From positions 1 to 64,000 of IMG/VR virus record IMGVR_UViG_3300028888_000059: 64,000 nucleotides of DNA; one strand, 5' to 3'. Positions 30,215 to 39,099 of the stretch are shown piece by piece. The DNA is from a virus (lineage: Duplodnaviria > Caudoviricetes). Made by a program: the position numbers and the translations under genes. How positions within the stretch are numbered: the first letter of the stretch is position 1; each line of letters starts with the position of its first letter. The notes beneath the pieces were generated by a model that had not been told where the DNA came from, ran no database searches, and was given only the letters and a program-made list of their open reading frames with translations.

Positions 30215-30698
30215 AAACTTCCTTATCTATAATACCTGATTCTACCATCTTACACCAAGTGTTATATTCATCACCATCAATAATAATAATATATTTTGTA
30301 TTAAATAAAGCTTCTTCTATAGTTAGATTATGTTCTTTGATAAAATGTTCAAGCATACCAACTGATTGATGGTCAATTCCCCCTTTCAAATCTTCGGGAT
30401 CCCATCTACTAAGACGTGGTTTTTTTATTTCTTTTACTTCTGGAACATTCTCAAGAATAATTCTTGAAATTTTTTTGAATCCAAAAACACAGATAAAATA
30501 TGGAAGTTTTTCTCTTGTCGTCATTAAAATATCAAAAGGACTTCTCCCAAATTCAAGATCAGTTCCCCATAACTCAAACTTCCCGTTATCATCAACATAC
30601 CATCCTAAATCATAATCGTATTTATCTTTCTTTTTGATGGCAATTGTATGAGCAGAACTACTATTTGTTTCGAAAACATCATTCCTAATTTGAATCAT
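30192..30698 (-). CDS. FETNSSS-motif protein 1
   Basis: MIQIRNDVFETNSSSAHT...IDHQS; own promoter TTGACA-17-TAATAT at 30716-30744. Confidence 0.8.
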   Translation of the reverse strand: MIQIRNDVFETNSSSAHTIAIKKKDKYDYDLGWYVDDNGKFELWGTDLEFGRSPFDILMTTREKLPYFICVFGFKKISRIILENVPEVKEIKKPRLSRWDPEDLKGGIDHQSVGMLEHFIKEHNLTIEEALFNTKYIIIIDGDEYNTWCKMVESGIIDKEVFDDTGTK

Positions 30699-30747
30699 AA
30701 TTACCTCTTAACAATATATTACTACAAATACTTTTATTTGTCAATAC

Positions 30748-31341
30748 TTAAAGTTTATGTTGTTTTTGAAGCTCTTTATATATCAATTCAATATCTCTGT
30801 AATTTTTTAAGCCATCATCTATTCTATTCCAAGAATATTGACATATCATTCTACAAGGATAGAAGCCATTATTCTTTTTTACACCATATCTATTTCCTCT
30901 CTGTGGAATCGTTTGTTTACCTCTCCATATTTCAAGTTTCATGGTATCAATATTGATTATATATCCATACTCAACTGCATAGGAATCTCTTGTGAGATTA
31001 TTGTAGTTTGCCATATATTTTAATCCATCTGCAAAAAGAAAAATATCATCTCTTGTTTTTATTAAAGCATCTCCCCAAGATTTTCCTTTCGCATCTGGTA
31101 TTATATTTCTTATTTTTTTAATATTATCTTTATTAATATCATCAAATGGATTAACTAAAGTTATTCGATTATATAAATTTTCTACTTCATATTGATATTT
31201 ATGTATTTTACAAAATCTTGATATTTTTTCACCAACAATATCTGGATTACTTTCATTTATCAAAGTAATTTTATCAGATTTATTATACCTAATACCCCAA
31301 AATCCACTATCCGACACGATAACACCTCTTAAATTCTTCAT
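30748..31341 (-). CDS. Conserved phage hypothetical protein
   Basis: 197-aa ORF with EYGYIINIDT..LEI motif; start uncertain. Confidence 0.6.
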   Translation of the reverse strand: MKNLRGVIVSDSGFWGIRYNKSDKITLINESNPDIVGEKISRFCKIHKYQYEVENLYNRITLVNPFDDINKDNIKKIRNIIPDAKGKSWGDALIKTRDDIFLFADGLKYMANYNNLTRDSYAVEYGYIINIDTMKLEIWRGKQTIPQRGNRYGVKKNNGFYPCRMICQYSWNRIDDGLKNYRDIELIYKELQKQHKL

Positions 31342-31864
31342 TGTTTTTTCTTAATTCATCAAAATTTACTGGCTCAAAATTATTTATATCAACACCAACA
31401 TTAAGTGTTTTATCATTTTGGCAATAATAATCAAACCAATACATATCTTTATTATTATGTACATGACCAAATACTAAATAAGAATTATCTCTTCTTGAAT
31501 TTCTCCAAGAATACATTGGATAATGACATAGCGTTAGTTTGTTTTTACCCAATGACATTTCCATATATAATGAAACATCAACAAAGTAATTTTTAGGATT
31601 TATTTTCTTTAAGAAGAAATCATCATGATTACCACGAATTAATATTTTTTTCCCTTTTAGCCTGTTTAAAATTGAAGAAGCATTTTCGATTGAAAAATAA
31701 AAAAGGTCGCCAACTATGTATATTAAATCATTTTTAGCAACCTTTTTATTCCACTTGCTAATCATATCTTCATTCATTTCTTCTACAGAATAATATGGTC
31801 TGTTGCAATATTTTATAATATTTTTATGACCAAAATGACAATCAGATATAAAAAAAGTTTCCAT
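31307..31864 (-). CDS. Calcineurin-like metallophosphoesterase
   Basis: SDCHFGH, VGD, RGNHD, CHYP, GHVH, NVGVD. Confidence 0.92.
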   Translation of the reverse strand: METFFISDCHFGHKNIIKYCNRPYYSVEEMNEDMISKWNKKVAKNDLIYIVGDLFYFSIENASSILNRLKGKKILIRGNHDDFFLKKINPKNYFVDVSLYMEMSLGKNKLTLCHYPMYSWRNSRRDNSYLVFGHVHNNKDMYWFDYYCQNDKTLNVGVDINNFEPVNFDELRKNNEEFKRCYRVG

Positions 31865-31866
31865 AA

Positions 31867-32631
31867 TTACTCAATTTTATAATTTAATCCATATGTGGCA
31901 TACCGTTCTTTCATAGCATTGATAGCTTCTTGATTTTCATCAATCATAATGCTATTCCTTCCGTTTTGTTCACTCGCATGTCCAGTTGTTCCAGAACCAG
32001 CAAACATATCAAGAACAGTGTCTCCAACGTTAGAAGAAGCTCTAATAATTCTATCAAAAAGCTTCAATGGTTTTTTAGTTGCATATGCACCGACATTCCT
32101 CTCTCTTGAGTTTGTACCAACAATGGAATTCCACCAAACAGAATTTGGCTTTTTCCCTATTTCTGCTTTCCCTTCCCCACAAAGAGCTGGTGCCATATAT
32201 GGCTCTCTATCTACGTCATCATAGTTAAAAGTATAATTATTAATATCTTTAGCATATACTAAAAACGTCATATGTTTGTTTGGAAAAAACTTTTTTGTTC
32301 TTCCTCCAAAATCATATGCCCAGATAATTTCTCCAAGAAAATTATTTTTTCCAAATATTTTATCCATTTCAACTTTTATATAATGAACACTATGATAATC
32401 AAGCATTACATATATCGTTCCATTATCAGCTAAGATTCTGTATGCTTCTTGCAATATATGTTTCATCATTTCAATATATGTATCATGTTCTAAATCATCA
32501 TCATATGAAGTATCACGATAAACTATTTCGTGACCAGTATTAAAAGGCGGATCAGTTAGAATCAGGTTTACTGACCCTGATTCTAACTCTTTTAATTTCT
32601 TCAAACAATTGTCATGATATATTGTAATCAT
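31867..32631 (-). CDS. DNA methyltransferase (N6/N4, beta class)
   Basis: DPPF motif IV, KP..L..RII, VLDMFAGSGTT motif I; true start MITIYHD (ATGA overlap with the permease stop). Confidence 0.9.
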   Translation of the reverse strand: MITIYHDNCLKKLKELESGSVNLILTDPPFNTGHEIVYRDTSYDDDLEHDTYIEMMKHILQEAYRILADNGTIYVMLDYHSVHYIKVEMDKIFGKNNFLGEIIWAYDFGGRTKKFFPNKHMTFLVYAKDINNYTFNYDDVDREPYMAPALCGEGKAEIGKKPNSVWWNSIVGTNSRERNVGAYATKKPLKLFDRIIRASSNVGDTVLDMFAGSGTTGHASEQNGRNSIMIDENQEAINAMKERYATYGLNYKIE

Positions 32632-33887
32632 GCTACTTCCTTTTCTTTCAAAATAATATTGAGAATAATTCCAAAGATTGAAGCAAAAGCAATGCAAGGA
32701 ATATTGTAACCAAAAAATGGAATATAACCACCAAACGCATAATTGCCACCAACTCCAATCATTAATACTGTTGCTAAAATTGATAAATTCTTTGAGGATA
32801 GAATGTCTTCTTTTTGTAGCACAGACATTCCCTGAACAACAATACTGCCAAAACAATAAAGTTCCATTGCACCAATCACACAAAGAGGGATTGAATAAAC
32901 TAAATTAATAAATGGTTTAATCAAAGAAAAAATTATTGCTATAACAGCGGCCAATACTACAACCCAAACACTATATACTTTAGTGATACTCATTAATCCG
33001 AGTTGTTCACCATAACTTGTACTACCACATCCACCAAGCAAGCAAGATGTAATATCTGCTAAACCATCACCAATCATGACTTTATCTATTTTTTTAGATA
33101 AGTGCGTCTTTTTATTTTCTTCAAGTTCGGCATCTACAATAGTTTCAAGTTGACTAAGATGGGCAAAACTTTCAGTACAAGTTGCTAATGAAACTACAGA
33201 CAATGACAATGGTGTTACCCAATTAGGAACAGGAAAAACAAAATGAGGTAATGATATAACAGCACTTCCTGTATTTAACGCATCTCTAAATAATGATTTA
33301 TCAAGAATCAAAGAAGCAATTACACCACCAATTACACCAAATAGGAGGGATAATTGTTGAGGAAATCCTTTGAGAAATACACTTGAAAGTACCATCAACA
33401 AAAGTGTAAATATACATATTCCTCCAGAAATTGCACTCCCACTAAAAGCATCAGAAACAGCATTTCCTGCCAGTGTAATTCCAATACAAATTGCAATTCC
33501 CCCACATAGAGTTGGCGTAATAATTTTTGAAATTCTCTCAAATCCAATCTTATTAATCAATAGACCAATAATAACGTTTAGAAGTCCTGAAAACAAAAGA
33601 CCAAAAGTCATCATACCAATTTTAGTATCTTGACTCCCATTAGTTACAGCCATAAGTGTTGCAATTGTAGAAATATAACTAAATGAAGACCCAAAATAAA
33701 GAGGAACTTCTCCTTTTGTAACTAAAACAAAAACTAAAGTTGATAAAGCGGTACAAAATAAGCAAGTTGCAACATCAAATCCAGTAATAAGAGGAACAAC
33801 CACTGTTGCTGGGAAAATTACAATAAACATTTGAAAAGCTAAAAGAATTAGCTTAGAAAATGGCAATTTTTCTTTAATTTTTTCCAT
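32628..33887 (-). CDS. NCS2-family uracil/xanthine permease (UraA/PyrP-like)
   Basis: Many TM segments; P.Y.GSSF, E...H, GDGLA, TSYGE..G....T.VYS signature. Confidence 0.88.
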   Translation of the reverse strand: MEKIKEKLPFSKLILLAFQMFIVIFPATVVVPLITGFDVATCLFCTALSTLVFVLVTKGEVPLYFGSSFSYISTIATLMAVTNGSQDTKIGMMTFGLLFSGLLNVIIGLLINKIGFERISKIITPTLCGGIAICIGITLAGNAVSDAFSGSAISGGICIFTLLLMVLSSVFLKGFPQQLSLLFGVIGGVIASLILDKSLFRDALNTGSAVISLPHFVFPVPNWVTPLSLSVVSLATCTESFAHLSQLETIVDAELEENKKTHLSKKIDKVMIGDGLADITSCLLGGCGSTSYGEQLGLMSITKVYSVWVVVLAAVIAIIFSLIKPFINLVYSIPLCVIGAMELYCFGSIVVQGMSVLQKEDILSSKNLSILATVLMIGVGGNYAFGGYIPFFGYNIPCIAFASIFGIILNIILKEKEVA

Positions 33888-33898
33888 AAAATTCCTAA

Positions 33899-34102
33899 TT
33901 ATTTTGTGTTTGAAGTATTAATGGATATTTCACTCAATACATGTTCTGCATCACTTGTTTCTTCAAGTGGATCAACAGTTACCACGATACCGTTTTCAGG
34001 CATTGGTGATTCATTTGTTTCAATAGCACCACCTGTTTTACATCCAGTAAAACAACAAACAGTAAAAACTAAAACTAAAAATAAAATAAAAAATTTTTTC
34101 AA
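33899..34102 (-). CDS. Small putative lipoprotein
   Basis: Signal-like N-terminus with FTGC lipobox. Confidence 0.55.
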   Translation of the reverse strand: MKKFFILFLVLVFTVCCFTGCKTGGAIETNESPMPENGIVVTVDPLEETSDAEHVLSEISINTSNTK

Positions 34103-34165
34103 AATATATTTTCCTTTCTATATTTTTCAAAATATTATAATGTAAAATATATAGTTTGTCAATAT

Positions 34166-34642
34166 CTAAGATATTTTTTCAGCATATTGATTTTCCCCAA
34201 ATAATTTCACCCCAAGAACTTCATCAAAATGTTGTTCTGTGTTTGGAATAAAACGTCCAAATTTGATAATGATGTTTTTCCACATCAAAGATAAGAATGA
34301 AACTTGCGATAAAACCTCGATTTTATTATAGCCTGTATATATAACTATATCATCTTCTGTATATTGTCTAAACTCTTTTATCAGCTCCACCATTTCTTTA
34401 TAACTATCAAAAGGTTCCAATCCACCAAAAACAATAGCAGATGTAAGAGGATTATCGAGATACATTTTAACTATTTTTTCATATGATAATTCTATTTGTT
34501 TTTCTTTAATGAGTTGATAATTTTGACAAACTAATTGACCAGATTCCTTATTACACTTAAATGTACAACAAGGAAATCCTATAAATATACTTGCTTTTTT
34601 ATAATTTACAATATCATAATCACTCAAGAAAAGTAGTTTCAT
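34166..34642 (-). CDS. nrdG: Anaerobic RNR activating protein
   Basis: Cys cluster, GGLEP, YTGY, GRF, NQ; overlaps nrdD. Confidence 0.8.
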   Translation of the reverse strand: MKLLFLSDYDIVNYKKASIFIGFPCCTFKCNKESGQLVCQNYQLIKEKQIELSYEKIVKMYLDNPLTSAIVFGGLEPFDSYKEMVELIKEFRQYTEDDIVIYTGYNKIEVLSQVSFLSLMWKNIIIKFGRFIPNTEQHFDEVLGVKLFGENQYAEKIS

Positions 34643-36554
34643 TTGTAGTATCAGCCCATTTCCTTAATTTAAATTCCTCTTTTCTTTCTTTTGACCATGT
34701 AGAGATTTTAGTATAGAAGCCAACCACTCTTGTGTATTCACCTTCTACCTCCCCTCCACAAACAGGACATTTTTTTCCAAAAAAGGCGTGATTATGTTTA
34801 CATACTTGAATTTTTGTATTAAAAGCAAAATATGTCACTCCCTGATCTGTAATATAATTTAACATATCCCATGCTTGTTCAAAGTTAGAAAAAGGTGCTT
34901 CAATATTTGCATGAAGAATACTACCACCAGAACAATAATTATCAAAAGCTGATGCAATACGAATTCTTTCTTTCATAGTTGTTTTGATTCCAAGACCAAT
35001 AAATTGATTAGCATATAAAGGTAAATCTGTTACAACATCTTCTGGATAGAGGATTTCATCTGCTTCTTGTAGTTTTGTAGCACAATTTTCAGCGGGAGCT
35101 TGTTCTAAATTACATTGGTAATCTTTATCTTTTTGAAATTCATTTTTTATTTTATGCATTGTTTCAAAAATTCTTTTACCAAAATCAAATGCTTTATCGC
35201 TATAATAGGTATTGTCTAATTCATCAGTATATGTATATCCAAACGCTTTCATTGTTTCATATACCCCAACAAAACCACATGTATTATATTGTGTGTTTAA
35301 ATCAACTAAACCATGAGTATAATTTGGCAATAAACCTTTTTCGATGTTTCTTTTTATAATGCTTCTTACAATATGAAGAAGTTTAAGATTTATATTCATT
35401 ATATCTTCTAACTTTTCTAAATATTGTTGTTCATTTTCGCTTTCATAAGCAATTCTGGCGAGATTTATTGTTGAAACTTTCACAGACCCCACCCTTAATG
35501 CTGTCCCACCGATAGAATTAAAAAATCCTAAGTCCGATATATTTGATTTTAAACGACAACAATTTGAGAGGCTTGTAACTGTTTCATCAACAAAAAAATT
35601 AGAATCGTTCCATTTTCTATTATGTTCACACGCCCAACGTGCAAAATCTTCATCAGCAAATTTTCCATTTTTTTTGATTAAAGAGATAGAATTAACTGGA
35701 AATGTGAACATATTATGAGACCGAGTTTCACTCATTTTTTCAAGAAACATTTTTTGAAATTCCATGATACCTTCTATTTCATCTATCATATAAGAGCCAT
35801 CAGGAAATGTTTCTCCACCAAATAATGCCATTAAATATTCGTGGTCAAAAATTGAAGTGTTTACGAAGGCACTTTGGCTACCATCACGACAATACGGCTG
35901 GTTAATCGCATAAATAAAAGATTGGATATTTTGTTTAGCGTATTTTTCTGGAGTTTCAGTATAGTAATTATCTTTTACATCTCTACTCCAAAAATAATAC
36001 ATATAAGGAATTAAATTAGGTAATCCTACTGCTCCAGACGATCTATTACTAGCATATGACACAAACTCTTTAAGAAATGTAATAAAAGTGCCCAAATGTT
36101 TTGCTGGTTCAGCATTATATCCTTCAATAAAATAAAGACCTCTTTCCGCTAAATCTTTTAATGTATAAGCATAACAATAAGGTTTCGTTGATGAAGTTGG
36201 AGCATCATGTAAATATAAATATCTTGTATATTCACATTCAAACCATTCATCTGCATCTTTTTTTGAAAATTGTTTTTTAAATTCATAATAAATTTTATTT
36301 AAAGCTAATAATTTATTATGTGGTTTGCTCATTTCGTGTTCAAGTGTAACAACATCCTTATGCCCAACATTAGCGTTTGGGTCAATAGATGAATCAGCTA
36401 CAACTTTTGTATCAACAAAATTATCAATAAATTCATTATAATTTAATTGAGAATCGGCAAGCCCATTTAAACTTGCCATTTTTTCCCCATATTTATTCTT
36501 TAATTCTTTAAACTTTTTTTCAAAATCTTTATCTAATCCAATATTAATGTTCAT
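34620..36554 (-). CDS. nrdD: Class III ribonucleotide reductase
   Basis: YLHD, PYC, FTFP, NCCRL, PAE, SGGSI.H, terminal RVVGF glycyl-radical loop. Confidence 0.93.
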   Translation of the reverse strand: MNINIGLDKDFEKKFKELKNKYGEKMASLNGLADSQLNYNEFIDNFVDTKVVADSSIDPNANVGHKDVVTLEHEMSKPHNKLLALNKIYYEFKKQFSKKDADEWFECEYTRYLYLHDAPTSSTKPYCYAYTLKDLAERGLYFIEGYNAEPAKHLGTFITFLKEFVSYASNRSSGAVGLPNLIPYMYYFWSRDVKDNYYTETPEKYAKQNIQSFIYAINQPYCRDGSQSAFVNTSIFDHEYLMALFGGETFPDGSYMIDEIEGIMEFQKMFLEKMSETRSHNMFTFPVNSISLIKKNGKFADEDFARWACEHNRKWNDSNFFVDETVTSLSNCCRLKSNISDLGFFNSIGGTALRVGSVKVSTINLARIAYESENEQQYLEKLEDIMNINLKLLHIVRSIIKRNIEKGLLPNYTHGLVDLNTQYNTCGFVGVYETMKAFGYTYTDELDNTYYSDKAFDFGKRIFETMHKIKNEFQKDKDYQCNLEQAPAENCATKLQEADEILYPEDVVTDLPLYANQFIGLGIKTTMKERIRIASAFDNYCSGGSILHANIEAPFSNFEQAWDMLNYITDQGVTYFAFNTKIQVCKHNHAFFGKKCPVCGGEVEGEYTRVVGFYTKISTWSKERKEEFKLRKWADTTNETTFLE

Positions 36555-36560
36555 TCACGC

Positions 36561-36770
36561 TCACCTCATGTTATTTATTAATTTGATTGCTTCTTCAAAA
36601 GTATAATATTTTTCTCCATTGTAAAGAACTGGTGCTGTCATAAAACCCATTTCAATAAGCTTATCCACATCTTCGCTTACTTCAAATTCAATATTTTTAT
36701 CTTTAAGTTTACTATATAAAACATTACACTTTGGACAATGTGTAGTATATAAAACATAATTAATTGCCAT
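36561..36770 (-). CDS. Glutaredoxin-like protein
   Basis: CPKC and APVL motifs. Confidence 0.8.
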   Translation of the reverse strand: MAINYVLYTTHCPKCNVLYSKLKDKNIEFEVSEDVDKLIEMGFMTAPVLYNGEKYYTFEEAIKLINNMR

Positions 36771-37263
36771 TTGTACTTCCTATTCCACCTTTCCTAATAG
36801 AATTAGAATCGTCATTATCTGTCAAGAAATATTGCAAAATAATTCCTTGGGCAACTGCATCACCTTTATTGATTTTCAGAATTTTTCCACAATTTGTATC
36901 ATTTGTAATCTTTATAAAAATATGACCTTCATTTTCACTATTATTATAATAATCAGAATCAATAATACCAACTGTGTTATCCAATTGTAAACGATATTTA
37001 AATCCAAGACTACTGCGAGGTACAATAGCTAAGAATTTATCATCGTCAAGTTGAACTTTAATACCAGAGGGAAATTTTATTGTCTCATTTGGTCTTAATT
37101 CAAAATCAAAAGGAGCGTAAAAATCATAACCAGCACTATGTTTTGTCGCCCTATGAGGTATTTTTATTTCATCCCATTCTGATTTTTTAGATTCATCATT
37201 ATCATTATCTTTAATATACTGTTTTAAACTAACTTTATAAAAATTATTCACTTTACACTCCAA
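36760..37263 (-). CDS. dut: Trimeric dUTPase
   Basis: SAGYD, PRSSLG, GIIDSDY, AQG, RKGGIGST. Confidence 0.93.
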   Translation of the reverse strand: MECKVNNFYKVSLKQYIKDNDNDESKKSEWDEIKIPHRATKHSAGYDFYAPFDFELRPNETIKFPSGIKVQLDDDKFLAIVPRSSLGFKYRLQLDNTVGIIDSDYYNNSENEGHIFIKITNDTNCGKILKINKGDAVAQGIILQYFLTDNDDSNSIRKGGIGSTNGN

Positions 37264-38290
37264 ATACTATGTTTTTTATTGCATAATTTTCTTTTTCACA
37301 TATAATACCAAAATAATTATCAACTTTAGTTTTCTTTATTTGTTCAACAATTGTTGTGGATTGTACACTGTTCTTTTTCATTTTATCTAATAGTCTATCT
37401 GAAAAAAAATCAGCAACAGGTTTTCTTATACAAATCGTATCTTTACCTTTAATGCTTTTAATAAATGGAGAATACCCATATAAACATAATATTGACTCAA
37501 TTTGATTAGAAACATCTTTAGATACTATCTTATATAAATAAGAAAAATTTTTAGTTCCAGTAATATTTTCTTCTTCAGCCATTATTAGACCATTCAAAAA
37601 AGACATTTGAATACTTCTATTTGCTTGTAATAAAGAATTATGTATTTTTTGCATCTTATGTTCTAATCCACATAAATTCTCCAAATAATCTATTATGTCT
37701 GGTGAAAATATTCTGCAATAATCGTCATCTTGAACAACAACTTTTTGTTTTGTTTGAAATAAATCTCTTATATAGCGTATAAAAATCTTATTTGTAATTC
37801 TATCTTTACATGTAACTACAAGTTTGTCTATATTGTTTACTTTTATTTTTGTAGTTGGGCTAATCAAAATTCCACAAACTGTCGCTAATTCTTCTGACAT
37901 CTTTTTTGGCATATAAATATCACTTTTTTGTTTTTTTATATATCCTATTTTTTCGGTTTCAGTAAAATATGTATTTTTATCAATATACGTATCTATATAA
38001 GAGCATATTTCGTCTCCCCGTTTTATCTCATAAGCATATTTTATACCAGTTGGTGTAAGAACTTTTTGATCTTCTGAACATTCTATGTAAAAATGAGAAG
38101 ATGTTTTAAATTTAATACCTTTTGTTTTTTTATATGTTTGAAAAACACACTTATTCCAATCTCCCTCGTAGGTTTTTAACATTATATCTGATTTACATTC
38201 AAATTGTTCACTTTCTTTTCTGGCAAATCCAAATTGCTCAATAGGAATTACTCCTCTATTTGTTGGAACAAGAGTGCCTTCTTTAAACAT
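37253..38290 (-). CDS. Free-standing intein-like protein (Hint plus degenerate LAGLIDADG), apparently splicing-dead
   Basis: Block A-like FKEGTLVPTNRGVIPIEQ, block B-like IECSEDQKVLT, LAGLIDADG-like ATVCGILIS and FLNGLIMAE, block F/G-like tail without HN. Confidence 0.65.
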   Translation of the reverse strand: MFKEGTLVPTNRGVIPIEQFGFARKESEQFECKSDIMLKTYEGDWNKCVFQTYKKTKGIKFKTSSHFYIECSEDQKVLTPTGIKYAYEIKRGDEICSYIDTYIDKNTYFTETEKIGYIKKQKSDIYMPKKMSEELATVCGILISPTTKIKVNNIDKLVVTCKDRITNKIFIRYIRDLFQTKQKVVVQDDDYCRIFSPDIIDYLENLCGLEHKMQKIHNSLLQANRSIQMSFLNGLIMAEEENITGTKNFSYLYKIVSKDVSNQIESILCLYGYSPFIKSIKGKDTICIRKPVADFFSDRLLDKMKKNSVQSTTIVEQIKKTKVDNYFGIICEKENYAIKNIVFGV

Positions 38291-38523
38291 TATATGATAT
38301 CACCTTTATTTTCTTCTAAAAAACATAAAAATTTTTGAATAAATTTAAAATCATCACATGTATCACTATGAACCGTATCAAAATATATATTATTATTATT
38401 CAAATCAATTATATATGTTTGGTTTAAATCCCATAAATCTATTGCTATTTCACTTTCTTCAATTTTGCATATAGAAAAATGGGAACTTTTTGTAATTTCT
38501 TTTATTTTGCTAAATATTCCCAT
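38290..38523 (-). CDS. Hypothetical protein
   Basis: 77-aa ORF, TAATG-coupled to the next gene. Confidence 0.6.
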   Translation of the reverse strand: MGIFSKIKEITKSSHFSICKIEESEIAIDLWDLNQTYIIDLNNNNIYFDTVHSDTCDDFKFIQKFLCFLEENKGDII

Positions 38524-38596
38524 TATATCCCTTCACATTTATTTATTTATTTATTTATTGTCAAAATTTTATTAAACCTTTTTACAAATTATTTTT

Positions 38597-38977
38597 TTAT
38601 CTGTTTTGTGTAAATGTTATCGGTACAATCATTTCTGGCAAAAAATTAACCTCATAATGATATTTGTCTACAAATGCACCAGAAATATCTTCTACAACAT
38701 AAGTTGTCCAGTCATTCAATGACACGAAATGTTTTTTATAAACACCGGGAGCAGTTTCTACAATAATATCAACATCTCCAGAACTGTGCTTAATTGAAAA
38801 ATTTCCTATTATTTCCAACAAGACTTTATCAGTTCGTGTATTAAACACCGTAACTCTAGGTGTAACATTAAAATTATCCGCTTGTTTGCTAATATTTTCA
38901 GATACCCTATCGGCCTGTACACATCCAGTTAATAATAACGCAAAAACAACAAATATGATTATTATTTTTTTCATCAT
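38597..38977 (-). CDS. Conserved phage lipoprotein
   Basis: LTGC lipobox; AD.VS.NIS..ADNFNV...YKKH..TTYVVED pattern. Confidence 0.75.
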   Translation of the reverse strand: MMKKIIIIFVVFALLLTGCVQADRVSENISKQADNFNVTPRVTVFNTRTDKVLLEIIGNFSIKHSSGDVDIIVETAPGVYKKHFVSLNDWTTYVVEDISGAFVDKYHYEVNFLPEMIVPITFTQNR

Positions 38978-39099
38978 TCATTCCTTTATTTTTTATAAAT
39001 TTATTTTTTTAAATTATTTAAGTCATATCCATATCATATATTTATTGCCTTTTATAAAATTTTTATATATATTTATTATAACTAATTTTTTAGAAATTG

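Noticed and set aside
32632-32883. N-terminal extension of the MTase ORF (MCDWC...)
   Set aside because: Overlaps the permease in another frame; the real start is ATG at 32631 with a GGAAG RBS.
36760-37263. Uracil-substituted or hypermodified genome suggested by the permease
   Set aside because: dUTPase, ThyX and TMK point to ordinary thymine DNA; no base-modification cluster was recognised.
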